From: Patescibacteria group bacterium
GTDB lineage: Bacteria > Patescibacteriota > Patescibacteriia > GWA2-46-9
Direction of reading: 5' to 3'
NCBI GenBank assembly: GCA_041675205.1
Contig: JBAYUF010000003.1
Span: 111,025-175,024, forward strand
DNA length: 64,000 nt
Made by a program: the position numbers and the translations under genes. Shown one piece after another: positions 37,148 to 45,496 of the stretch. Positions within the stretch are counted from its first letter, which is position 1; every line of letters starts with the position of its first letter. Under the pieces are notes generated by a model that did no database searches, was not told the DNA's origin, and saw nothing but the letters and a program-made list of their open reading frames with translations.

Positions 37148-37878
37148 ATACAACGACCTCATTCAATTCACTCGCAGCTGTTTGGAACGAGCGAGTAGGG
37201 GACGTGGGACTTTGTATTGGAGGAGTCTCAATAAAAGAAACCTTAAAGCTTGTCGGTAACCTCAAAAACAAACGGCTATACGATATAGCCTGCGGCAATG
37301 GTCTTTTGGCTCGTAAGTTTATAAAGTCGGGTGCTAAAGAGGTCTATGCGTCTGATATTGCACCGGCGCTTATACGGATTGCTCAGGAGGAATACAATGC
37401 TGACGGCATTACCTATTTAGTAAGGGACGGTAGCAACTTTAAGGACATTCCAAAGAATTATTTTGATACGGTCGTTATTCATCAAGGAATTTTCTATATT
37501 TCAGATATACGGAAATTAATGAAAGGAGTATCGACTATTCTCAAACCCGGCGGTACTTTTGTGTTTACGTTACCGCACCCGCTGGCACTAGAGGCAAGGG
37601 TCGCCTCAGGTAAAGTAAGAAAAAATTTGAAGGAACTGCTGAAGGTGCAGGAGAATTATTTGAAGTCATATAGTGTGATTGTAAAAAAGGAGTGCCTCGG
37701 TAAAAATGTGACATACAAAACGTACAAACGTTCACTGAGTTACTATGTTAATCTGTGTGGAAATAACAACCTGCACATCAGCGCTATGTGTGAGTTTTTT
37801 TCAAAGGCGAAAGGTTTGAATGGTAAATCTTCTCGGATTCCACATTACATGGTGATCAAGGCAATTAAGGCGGCGTAG
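37144..37878 (+). CDS. class I SAM-dependent methyltransferase
   Basis: Motif I (YDIACGNGLLARKF) and motif post-I (VYASDIAP) are present. Confidence 0.65.
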   Translation: MNTTTSFNSLAAVWNERVGDVGLCIGGVSIKETLKLVGNLKNKRLYDIACGNGLLARKFIKSGAKEVYASDIAPALIRIAQEEYNADGITYLVRDGSNFKDIPKNYFDTVVIHQGIFYISDIRKLMKGVSTILKPGGTFVFTLPHPLALEARVASGKVRKNLKELLKVQENYLKSYSVIVKKECLGKNVTYKTYKRSLSYYVNLCGNNNLHISAMCEFFSKAKGLNGKSSRIPHYMVIKAIKAA

Positions 37879-37886
37879 TTCTTCAA

Positions 37887-38333
37887 ATGAAAAAAAGAAA
37901 GTCGATCACCATTTGCACGAGCGCTTCTTTCTTTAAAGAGGCGCTACGGGTTGAGGAAGAATTGAATGCACTTGGGTTTGCGGTGAAGTTGCCATACACC
38001 GCTAGTGTCATGAAAAAGACCGGGGATTTTAAAGTGTCTACTTACAAAACGTGGTTTAAAGATGCCTCAACGTATAGTCGAAAGTCCTGGCTCATAAAGA
38101 ATCACCTTCGAAAGGTGATTGCCGGGGACGCCGTTTTACTGCTGAACTATGAGAAGAACGGAATGCCGGGCTATATTGGTGGCAACACGCTCATTGAGGC
38201 GGCGATAGGTTTTCATTACAAAAAGCCACTCTTTATCCTGAATCCCATTTCAGATGAGCTTAGTTTTAAAGAAGAAATTCTGGGTATGCAGCCGGTATTT
38301 TTAAATGGGGATGTAAAGAAAATTTCCTTTTAG
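37887..38333 (+). CDS. hypothetical protein (possibly nucleoside 2-deoxyribosyltransferase-like Rossmann fold)
   Basis: Weak pattern resemblance only (ICTSASF ... GGNTLIEAAIG ... ILG). Confidence 0.3.
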   Translation: MKKRKSITICTSASFFKEALRVEEELNALGFAVKLPYTASVMKKTGDFKVSTYKTWFKDASTYSRKSWLIKNHLRKVIAGDAVLLLNYEKNGMPGYIGGNTLIEAAIGFHYKKPLFILNPISDELSFKEEILGMQPVFLNGDVKKISF

Positions 38334-38349
38334 TATTTCCAGCTCGAAT

Positions 38350-38745
38350 TTATTGTTCGGGTATGAATATAGCCGGATAAAATTCAGTAAATTTTTTTAA
38401 ACGAGCTTCGTCACCGCTTAGTTCTAAAACAGCAGCGAGGATATGCTGATCGCTCAATTGGTCTGGCCGAGCGCCCTGCTCAGATTCCTGTGACTCGTTC
38501 GCGGTTGGAGCAACGGGAAATGGTTCCCGCAGGGCGCAGTACAAAGAGACTTCCCCCGAGCTCACCTCTATGTCGGCAGACTCGGCCATATGTTCAGCCT
38601 GTATTTTTGATGCGTTGCGAAATTTGTGCTCTGGATCTGCTACCAGTCTTCGGGCTTCCTCCAAAGCCTTGGCGTTTAATTCAATATGAAACGAGACGAC
38701 TGAATCAGGTGAATATTGTTCTGACTGTTCATGGGAATGCATCAT
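38350..38745 (-). CDS. hypothetical acidic protein
   Basis: A 131 aa ORF and the only minus-strand gene in this stretch. No motifs. Confidence 0.35.
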   Translation of the reverse strand: MMHSHEQSEQYSPDSVVSFHIELNAKALEEARRLVADPEHKFRNASKIQAEHMAESADIEVSSGEVSLYCALREPFPVAPTANESQESEQGARPDQLSDQHILAAVLELSGDEARLKKFTEFYPAIFIPEQ

Positions 38746-38794
38746 AGCTATAATAGTAGGAGCTTCAGAAAAATACGCAATACTCAGTAGAAAT

Positions 38795-39223
38795 ATGAAT
38801 AAACCGCAAATAATTATGTTGACCGTTGAAACAGCTATAGACGCCGTTCCCGAGCAGGTATGGCATTATTGGACTGAGCCAGAGCACATTACAAAATGGT
38901 GCCACGCGTCAGAGGATTGGCACGCGCCCAGCGCAACGAATGACGCACGGGTGGGTGGGAGATTCAAAACAGTAATGGCCGCGAGGGACGGGAGCACCGG
39001 GTTTGATTTTGAGGGAACCTACACAGTAGTTGAGCAACCTCACAAAATCGAATACGCAATGGACGACGGAAGAAAGGTTGTTATTGATTTTTTGGCCGAG
39101 GGCAACATGACAAAAGTGATTGAGGCGTTTGATACTGAAAACGAAAATTCGTTAGAAATGCAAAAGGACGGCTGGCAGTCGATTTTGAACAACTTTAAAA
39201 AATACGTAGAGTCGCAAAAATAA
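38795..39223 (+). CDS. SRPBCC superfamily protein (AHSA1-like)
   Basis: VPEQVWHYWTEPEHITKWC... matches the AHSA1/START-like pattern. Confidence 0.6.
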   Translation: MNKPQIIMLTVETAIDAVPEQVWHYWTEPEHITKWCHASEDWHAPSATNDARVGGRFKTVMAARDGSTGFDFEGTYTVVEQPHKIEYAMDDGRKVVIDFLAEGNMTKVIEAFDTENENSLEMQKDGWQSILNNFKKYVESQK

Positions 39224-39231
39224 TTAAGATA

Positions 39232-39732
39232 ATGTCAAAACCAAAAATTATCATCGTAGATGACAATGACGTTCCGATTGGTCTCATGAACCGAGAAGAG
39301 ATAGACCCCACGAAAGATAACTATCGATGTGCCGGTATTTGGGTTACCAATGCAAAGGGTGAAGTGTTAATCGCCCAGCGAAAGTTTACGAAGCACGTTG
39401 ACCCAGGTAAGTGGGGCCCCGCGGCGGCTGGAACCGTTGACGAGGGGGAAACGTATGAATCAAATGCGCATAAAGAGCTGGAAGAAGAACTTGGCATTAC
39501 TGATGTTACGTTTACGCTTGGTCCAAAAAGATTTGTAACTTCACCGAGAAGATATTTCGTCCAGTACTTTATTTGTGAAATAGATAAACCCGTAACCGAT
39601 TTTATAATTCAAGAAGATGAAGTTGAGAAAATTGAATGGATTAGTAAAGCAGTGCTGTTGCAGGATCTCAAAGACCACCCTGAAAAATACTTACCGCATT
39701 TTTCGGAGAGCGTGAGCCTCGTTATTTCATAG
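39232..39732 (+). CDS. Nudix hydrolase
   Basis: Nudix box GTVDEGETYESNAHKELEEELGI. The gene is immediately downstream of an SRPBCC gene, an arrangement also seen at 28627-30155. Confidence 0.7.
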   Translation: MSKPKIIIVDDNDVPIGLMNREEIDPTKDNYRCAGIWVTNAKGEVLIAQRKFTKHVDPGKWGPAAAGTVDEGETYESNAHKELEEELGITDVTFTLGPKRFVTSPRRYFVQYFICEIDKPVTDFIIQEDEVEKIEWISKAVLLQDLKDHPEKYLPHFSESVSLVIS

Positions 39733-39750
39733 GTCACCACTGTTTTTTCG

Positions 39751-40413
39751 TTACGGCTGAACGACAACTGTTTTTGTCATTCGATCAACAAGGCCATCAA
39801 CATCAAACGATTCTCGCTCAGCTAGGCACTCGGTCTTTTGTGGGTCGTCGTAGTTTAAGCACTGCACGGCTCGCAGGCTGAAGGTAAAAGCAATGAGTTT
39901 ATTCTTCTTCTGTTCGCCGACATAGGTGTAGGTGGTGTATACACTGCCAGCTGCGCCTTCACTTTGTGTGGTGACGCAATACGTGCGGTCGTCAACCATG
40001 CGTTTTTCAACCGAGCCGCCTTTTCTGTTTTCGTTACCTCCCGAGGTGCAACCCAGTGGCCCGTCGAACAGGTTTACGATTGGTGGCCACTCGGCCGCGG
40101 TAATATATTTTGAAGCAAGCACCTCTGGGTATTTAAAGGTAACACCGAGGTCATTGTCGGTTGCTATTTCCCAGCCATCTTCTGGCGGAGCGGGGGAGTC
40201 TACTACCTCAGGGCAAGTTGCAAATTCACAGTTTGGCCCAGTGCGGCCTACGTAAGAGCCGTCGGGACATAGTTTTGCCTCCTGAGTGCATTGTGTGTAG
40301 TCCGGTTCTTTTGCCGTTTTTGGCCACAGTACGAACGCAATGCCAACGAGCAAAAGCACACCAAATAGTGAGAAGAGAGCCTTTCGTTGATTTGAATAGT
40401 GTTCTACTACCAT
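39751..40413 (-). CDS. hypothetical secreted Cys-rich protein
   Basis: An N-terminal TM/signal segment and multiple cysteines. Confidence 0.45.
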   Translation of the reverse strand: MVVEHYSNQRKALFSLFGVLLLVGIAFVLWPKTAKEPDYTQCTQEAKLCPDGSYVGRTGPNCEFATCPEVVDSPAPPEDGWEIATDNDLGVTFKYPEVLASKYITAAEWPPIVNLFDGPLGCTSGGNENRKGGSVEKRMVDDRTYCVTTQSEGAAGSVYTTYTYVGEQKKNKLIAFTFSLRAVQCLNYDDPQKTECLAERESFDVDGLVDRMTKTVVVQP

Positions 40414-40449
40414 AGTTCTACAGTAGCACGTTTATGCTATCATCACGCC

Positions 40450-41127
40450 ATGAAAACAGTATTGATAACCGGTGTTAGTCGCGGCATTGGTTTAGCCACG
40501 GCAAAAAAGTTTTTAGAAAATGGTTGGCAAGTAATTGGTACGTTTAATAAAACTGCCGTTCCAATGACTCACCCAGGCCTCGTTAGTATTAAGCTCGATA
40601 TAACATCTGAAGAAAGCATTGCGAAGGCCGTTGAGAGCATCCAGCAGGTAGCGCCACACCTTGACGTACTCATTAATAATGCAGGGGTAAGCGCAGACGC
40701 ATTTGAAACTTCGCCAAACATGCAAACAGTGCGGGCGACTTTTGAGACAAATGTCTTCGGGCTAATGACGCTTACTGAAAAATTACTGCCCGGAATTGTA
40801 ACCAGTGGTCACATTGTAAACGTTAGTTCTCGCTACGGTGCATTCTCTTTTGCAATCGACGGGCCGGACTCTACGGCGTACAGGATGTCAAAAGCCGCAC
40901 TTAATATGTATACTCGAACACTCGCATTTCGATTAAAAAAGAAAGGCGTCATCGTTTCTGCTATTCATCCAGGGTGGGTGAAGACGGACATGGGTAATTC
41001 TGCTGCCACTGAAAAGGAAAAGCCCACGATAGAGCCCGAAGAAGCGGCAAACGAAATTTACAATCTAATAATGAACAAAAGTGAGTCTGGTCAGTTTTGG
41101 CAATTTGGTAAACAAAGAGAGTGGTAG
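40450..41127 (+). CDS. short-chain dehydrogenase/reductase (SDR)
   Basis: The TGVSRGIG cofactor motif, NNAG, and catalytic S...YxxxK (YRMSK) are present. The ATG at 40450 is preferred; the ORF track gives 40399. Confidence 0.8.
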   Translation: MKTVLITGVSRGIGLATAKKFLENGWQVIGTFNKTAVPMTHPGLVSIKLDITSEESIAKAVESIQQVAPHLDVLINNAGVSADAFETSPNMQTVRATFETNVFGLMTLTEKLLPGIVTSGHIVNVSSRYGAFSFAIDGPDSTAYRMSKAALNMYTRTLAFRLKKKGVIVSAIHPGWVKTDMGNSAATEKEKPTIEPEEAANEIYNLIMNKSESGQFWQFGKQREW

Positions 41128-41167
41128 AAGTGTGGATTTAGTATTGACAAAAGCGTAGAAAATTGAT

Positions 41168-41962
41168 TTGATACATGGTCAACCATTGGGGTTGGCTACA
41201 CTCCCTACCGTTCACTTAACAACCACAGGCTACGGTACTGAGTTGTTTTTTGATTGGACTGAGGAGAATTGCTTCTACGGAAGCGGAGGAAACGAAAGCA
41301 TGGACTTTGAAAACTTCCACATCGAGTGGCTACTTGTGCCGCTCGTTTTCATCTTCAGGGCGACGAACTTCGTCCTGTCGCTCCACTGGGGCTGGTGGAT
41401 CGGCGGTCTCAGCGTCGCCGTGTTCATCGCCCGTTGGCAGTGGCGGGTGAGTCGTCGCCACAAGTTGGCTCTTGCCTACGAGGCAAGCCACGCGAACAGC
41501 TTGGCCGAGAGACAGCTTCAAGAGGCAGTTCGTGATGAGTGGTTGTGCCAGAACACGCTCCAGCTCTACTTCAACGCCATAGGCGGATTGATAGCGGTCA
41601 TGACGCCTCGGCAATATGCCGAGTGCACCCGAATCACCGACGCACAACGCGTGGATGGACGCTGGGAGTCTCAGACCGTTCTCGTTCCGTGGCTGCCAAC
41701 GGTTCTGTTTGCGACAGACTCCGCCTATGAACTGTGCGGGCCATCGATGCCCAAATGGGTGGAACGACCGTTCTTGGTCAGTCACCTGACCCAGCTGCAG
41801 GAACGGTACAACATTCACATGGTTCACAAGGTGGATATTTTTGTGCCATACGTTAACGAGGCTCTCGCTCCGTTCGATGAGCACAAATCGAACTCTTCGC
41901 CCCTTAGCCCCCGGCAGCTGCTCATCTACCCGCAGTTGCCCAGCAATCTGCACCCGTTCTAG
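41168..41962 (+). CDS. hypothetical protein in GC-rich patch
   Basis: A 264 aa ORF in a markedly GC-rich segment. The antisense ORF 41330-42136 is judged a GC-driven shadow. Confidence 0.4.
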   Translation: MIHGQPLGLATLPTVHLTTTGYGTELFFDWTEENCFYGSGGNESMDFENFHIEWLLVPLVFIFRATNFVLSLHWGWWIGGLSVAVFIARWQWRVSRRHKLALAYEASHANSLAERQLQEAVRDEWLCQNTLQLYFNAIGGLIAVMTPRQYAECTRITDAQRVDGRWESQTVLVPWLPTVLFATDSAYELCGPSMPKWVERPFLVSHLTQLQERYNIHMVHKVDIFVPYVNEALAPFDEHKSNSSPLSPRQLLIYPQLPSNLHPF

Positions 41963-41971
41963 GAGGATGCC

Positions 41972-42364
41972 ATGAACCCGATTGATTTCTTTTTCATGCT
42001 TTTCGAGCATTTCGGCTCCATGGGGTCGGTCACAACCTGGGGTGTGCCCTACGCGCGAAATGCGGAGGGCCTTCAGTCCTTCAACATCGTGGTCACGAAT
42101 ATGCCGGCCGATTCTCGTTTGGCCAACGGATGCCACGCGTGTTATTTCGACACGTGGCGCTGGAAAGTGCGGGACGGCGTCAAAGTCATCGATGTCGACG
42201 ATGAGCCAGACCTCGGGCTGGTCATTGCGGATTCGTGCTACGGGGAGCTGGAGGACTCCCTAAGGTACTTCGCCGGCTGCTTGTTGCCCCTCAATGGTGA
42301 GCCGCCTCTTCCGGCCGATGCGGCACTCCTCAAGGGTGCGTTCATCAACGCGCGCAGGCAGTAG
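41972..42364 (+). CDS. hypothetical protein in GC-rich patch
   Basis: A 130 aa ORF followed by a strong hairpin. Confidence 0.4.
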   Translation: MNPIDFFFMLFEHFGSMGSVTTWGVPYARNAEGLQSFNIVVTNMPADSRLANGCHACYFDTWRWKVRDGVKVIDVDDEPDLGLVIADSCYGELEDSLRYFAGCLLPLNGEPPLPADAALLKGAFINARRQ

Positions 42365-42388
42365 GAGCCGGTTGGCGTGCAGTTCAAT

Positions 42389-42424
42389 AGCGGCGGCGGT
42401 TCTCTAACCAGAACTGCCGCCGCT
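42389..42424. terminator. long GC-rich hairpin (likely terminator for 41972-42364)
   Basis: AGCGGCGGCGGTTCT-CTAACC-AGAACTGCCGCCGCT forms a ~15 bp stem. No clean U-tract follows. Confidence 0.4.
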
Positions 42425-42473
42425 AAAAGTTTACAGCGTGGGTAATGCAGCTACTTTGTGTTAAAATACACCT

Positions 42474-42908
42474 ATGAAGAGCGAAATATTTGACTATCTA
42501 AATTCTCAGCGGGTTGGTGTTTTGGCAGTGGAAATGCCAGACGGCTCGCCCCATGGGGCGACTGTTCACTTTGCCTACACGGAGGAACCGTTCGTTTTCT
42601 TTTTTGAAACGAATCGCGATTATCGAAAAACCGAGGCATTGTTTGCGAAGACAACAGTTCGAGCATCGTTTGTAGTGGGTACCGATGAGCTAGCGAAAAA
42701 AACAATGCAGCTAGATGGTATAGCAACGTTACTGCGTGCAGAGGAGAAAGAAATATATGATCATGTGTACTTGGCCAAGTATCCAGAAAAAATCAAGAAG
42801 TCGCTCGACCCCAAAGCAGTATTTTTCAAATTCACTCCAACCTGGTGGCGTTATACCGACTGGGCGCACATAAGCGCGTCGGGCACCCCAATAATCGTAA
42901 CGTCGTGA
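42474..42908 (+). CDS. pyridoxamine 5'-phosphate oxidase-like FMN-binding split-barrel protein
   Basis: ...RVGVLAVEMPDGSPHGATVHFAY... matches the PNPOx-like/general stress protein 26 pattern. Confidence 0.65.
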   Translation: MKSEIFDYLNSQRVGVLAVEMPDGSPHGATVHFAYTEEPFVFFFETNRDYRKTEALFAKTTVRASFVVGTDELAKKTMQLDGIATLLRAEEKEIYDHVYLAKYPEKIKKSLDPKAVFFKFTPTWWRYTDWAHISASGTPIIVTS

Positions 42909-43207
42909 GCACTGTTTTAAAAAATGACAAATACCGTCGGACGCGTGGTGGGCACGCGCGAATACTTGATATTTGCTGCGCCAACTGTTGTACACATTTG
43001 TTCTATTATCAAAAGGATGGGGCAGGGCATTTAAAAAGAATGTACCTCGACAGGATTGTTGGGCAAAAACTTCAGCAAAAGAATTTATCATGCCCGAAGT
43101 GCAAAGAGCTTATTGGTGTTGCTACGGTATACAAGAAAGAGAACAGGCCAGCAATTCGATTGTTTGTGGATTCTGTAACAAAGAAACAATACCGCTTGGT
43201 GGCGTAG
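42845..43207 (+). CDS. uncertain small Cys-rich (zinc-ribbon-like) protein; start and frame uncertain
   Basis: The GTG-start ORF contains CCANCC...CPKC. It overlaps the PNPOx gene by 64 nt. An alternative overlapping ORF at 42973-43320 shares a GVAT...KKE motif, suggesting a frameshift or duplication. Confidence 0.25.
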   Translation: MALYRLGAHKRVGHPNNRNVVSTVLKNDKYRRTRGGHARILDICCANCCTHLFYYQKDGAGHLKRMYLDRIVGQKLQQKNLSCPKCKELIGVATVYKKENRPAIRLFVDSVTKKQYRLVA

Positions 43208-43385
43208 CAACGTTAGTCGACATAGACAAGAAAGAAGTTGATTATTCTCTTCACCTCTCTAAGTTCCCCCAAAAATATAAGCGTCTCTTTATCCCATCTA
43301 GCAGAGGCAGTTTCTATTGATATTCTGATTACGACTTGATAACCTTTGCTAGACCCAAACTATTGGGGTTACAGGAGGAACGAAC

Positions 43386-43670
43386 TTGAAACTGGAAATC
43401 GGAAAGAAGCCAACACCAACCCTCGTCGTGAGGCCGCTCGGGCAACTGAAGCCTGGAGACTGTTTCAGGTACCACGATGGTGAGTGCCTCGAAACGCTGC
43501 TGCTGGATGAAAACCCCGCCGTTTTCATGGTCGTCCCAGGCACTCCCGCTGATGCTGATCGAGTTACCGTCTTTCCCCTCGACGGCAGGTCGGGAGTCAG
43601 CAAGAAAGACAGTGACCGCAAGGTCGTGCTGGTGGAGGCGACCGTGGTCCTGCGCGACGCTCGACGCTGA
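43386..43670 (+). CDS. hypothetical small protein in GC-rich patch
   Basis: A TTG start 8 nt after a consensus AGGAGG RBS. The 94 aa product is followed by a strong rho-independent terminator. Confidence 0.5.
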   Translation: MKLEIGKKPTPTLVVRPLGQLKPGDCFRYHDGECLETLLLDENPAVFMVVPGTPADADRVTVFPLDGRSGVSKKDSDRKVVLVEATVVLRDARR

Positions 43671-43689
43671 GTCGGCGGTTTGGTCATTC

Positions 43690-43735
43690 TGTGGGGGCGC
43701 GATACGAAATCGCGCCCCCACCTTTGATTTTATTT
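43690..43735 (+). terminator. rho-independent terminator
   Basis: A 12 bp perfect GC-rich stem TGGGGGCGCGAT/ATCGCGCCCCCA with loop ACGAA, followed by CTTTGATTTTATTTG. Confidence 0.75.
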
Positions 43736-43749
43736 GCTATAATATAAAC

Positions 43750-44661
43750 ATGACTGGACCACTTCTCATTATGTTTGCCGCTGCGTTGTGGGCCTTAGAC
43801 GGTCTACTTCGCACGCAGTTGACACTCACCATTCCAGCCGCCTGGATAGTCTTCATCGAACACCTCGTGGGACTCATTCTACTCTCTCCTCTGCTGTTCC
43901 GTTATAAGCACGTTATTAAGCAATTAAAGTTGACTGATTGGCTGCAGCTATTACTACTCTCAGCGGTGAGTAGCGTGCTCGGCACTATTCTTTTTACGAC
44001 TGCGTTAGCAAGTAGCTTTGCCGCTGGAGATTTTGCTACGCCAATACTGCTGCAGAAACTGCAACCAATTTTCGTCATCATCTTAGCGGCAATTGTTTTG
44101 AAGGAGCGTTTAACCTTCCGATTTTTAACTCTCGTTCCGGTTGCTTTAGCCGGTAGCTACCTTATTAGCTTTGGCGCAGAAACTGTTCCGTTTGGCCTTG
44201 AAGGCAAGATGCTTGTTTATGTATTGGCAGTTAGTGCGGCCTTGGCGTGGGGGAGCGGCACTATTTTAAGTAAGCGGGTGCTCCGCACGTTACCTTTTGC
44301 TCTTGCAACCGCTCTGCGGTTCCTCCTGGCTGTACCGATTAGTTTAGCTGCGGCACTTTACCTAGCACCAGACTACGCTGTAACTTCACTGTCAGGTTCT
44401 GAATTACTGCGCTTTGTCGTCATCGCTTTCACAACCGGCGCTGGGGCGATTCTTATTTACTACCGAGGGCTCAAACAAACGCCAGCACGGGTTGCCACAA
44501 TTGCCGAACTCGTATTTCCGGTAGTTACGATACTCATCGCTATAACATCTTTAAATCCTTATGGCGCGCCGCAAGTGCTCTCAATTGCAAACAGTATTGG
44601 CATAATCGTTCTGCTCGGTTGCATCCTGGCGGTTACTGTTGACCCTGAAACTAAAACATAA
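43750..44661 (+). CDS. EamA/DMT-family drug/metabolite transporter
   Basis: Ten predicted TMs in two EamA-like halves. The true ATG at 43750 lies downstream of the terminator; the ORF-track N-terminal extension is rejected. Confidence 0.75.
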   Translation: MTGPLLIMFAAALWALDGLLRTQLTLTIPAAWIVFIEHLVGLILLSPLLFRYKHVIKQLKLTDWLQLLLLSAVSSVLGTILFTTALASSFAAGDFATPILLQKLQPIFVIILAAIVLKERLTFRFLTLVPVALAGSYLISFGAETVPFGLEGKMLVYVLAVSAALAWGSGTILSKRVLRTLPFALATALRFLLAVPISLAAALYLAPDYAVTSLSGSELLRFVVIAFTTGAGAILIYYRGLKQTPARVATIAELVFPVVTILIAITSLNPYGAPQVLSIANSIGIIVLLGCILAVTVDPETKT

Positions 44662-44663
44662 CT

Positions 44664-45017
44664 ATGAACATATTTTTTCGTTGGATAATTCAGGCTTTAG
44701 CGCTTCTCGCCATTGCCAATATTGTACCCGGGATTGAATTAGCCGGACCTTTTTATGCGTTTGTCGTGGCCTTGCTACTGGCGCTTGTTAATTTGACGTT
44801 CAAACCCATCCTTATACTGTTGACGCTCCCATTTAACATTCTCACTCTTGGGTTATTTACGTTTGTTATAAACGCGTTTCTCATTTGGTTTGTTGCGGGC
44901 ATCGCTGACGGCTTCTCAATAACCGGTTTTATGCCGGCTTTTGTGGCGGCGCTGTTACTTTCGATAGTGAACGCGCTCGTTAACTGGACGAACAACGACG
45001 TTCGGGTTGGTCAGTAG
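44664..45017 (+). CDS. small membrane protein, DUF360/phage-holin-4-like
   Basis: Four TM segments in 117 aa. A Gly/Ala-rich pattern typical of the family. Confidence 0.55.
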   Translation: MNIFFRWIIQALALLAIANIVPGIELAGPFYAFVVALLLALVNLTFKPILILLTLPFNILTLGLFTFVINAFLIWFVAGIADGFSITGFMPAFVAALLLSIVNALVNWTNNDVRVGQ

Positions 45018-45018
45018 G

Positions 45019-45492
45019 ATGGTGGTTGGTCGTCGCAAACTACTTTCACTACTGCTCGTTACTTGTGCTGCGTTAGCTGCTGCTCTCGTTTACATTGAAG
45101 TTCAGCCCCGAGAGACTCTTCAACTCACCTTAAACGACGCGGCCATTACCGTTGAATTGGCGCAAACGCCGCAGGCGCTTGCCCGTGGCCTTTCAAACCG
45201 GCAGCAGTTGGCTGCAAACGAGGGCATGCTGCTTGATTTTGGTGCACGAAGCTCGGCTGGAATATGGATGCGGCACATGAACTTCCCCTTAGACGTTATT
45301 TGGCTTGATGAAGACCTGAAAATAATTTCAATTACAGAAAACATGGCGCCCGTATCGTATCCAAACGTGTTTTTTCCAACTGAACCCGCCAGGTACGTGC
45401 TTGAAGTCACTTCTGGGTGGGTGCGAACGCACCAGATTACCGTTGGCATGAAGGGAATACTCGCCGCAGACACTGCGACTACGCTATACTAA
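45019..45492 (+). CDS. DUF192 (COG1430) family protein
   Basis: Contains LARGL...GMLLDF...FPLDVIWLD. An N-terminal TM is present. Confidence 0.6.
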   Translation: MVVGRRKLLSLLLVTCAALAAALVYIEVQPRETLQLTLNDAAITVELAQTPQALARGLSNRQQLAANEGMLLDFGARSSAGIWMRHMNFPLDVIWLDEDLKIISITENMAPVSYPNVFFPTEPARYVLEVTSGWVRTHQITVGMKGILAADTATTLY

Positions 45493-45496
45493 ACGC

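Noticed and set aside
41330-42136. 268 aa ORF on the minus strand
   Set aside because: It is antisense to the 41168-41962 ORF inside a GC-rich patch. The translation is Arg/His/Gly-rich and low-complexity, as expected for a GC-driven shadow ORF.
18436-43740. Integrase or recombinase for the island
   Set aside because: No ORF in the region shows tyrosine recombinase (R...HxxR...Y) or serine recombinase features, and there is no transposase. Mobility is inferred from att-like scars and composition only.
43477-43749. N-terminal extension of the DMT transporter ORF (394 aa version)
   Set aside because: The extension reads through a strong rho-independent terminator and the upstream GC-rich gene. 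An ATG at 43750 gives a normal EamA N-terminus.
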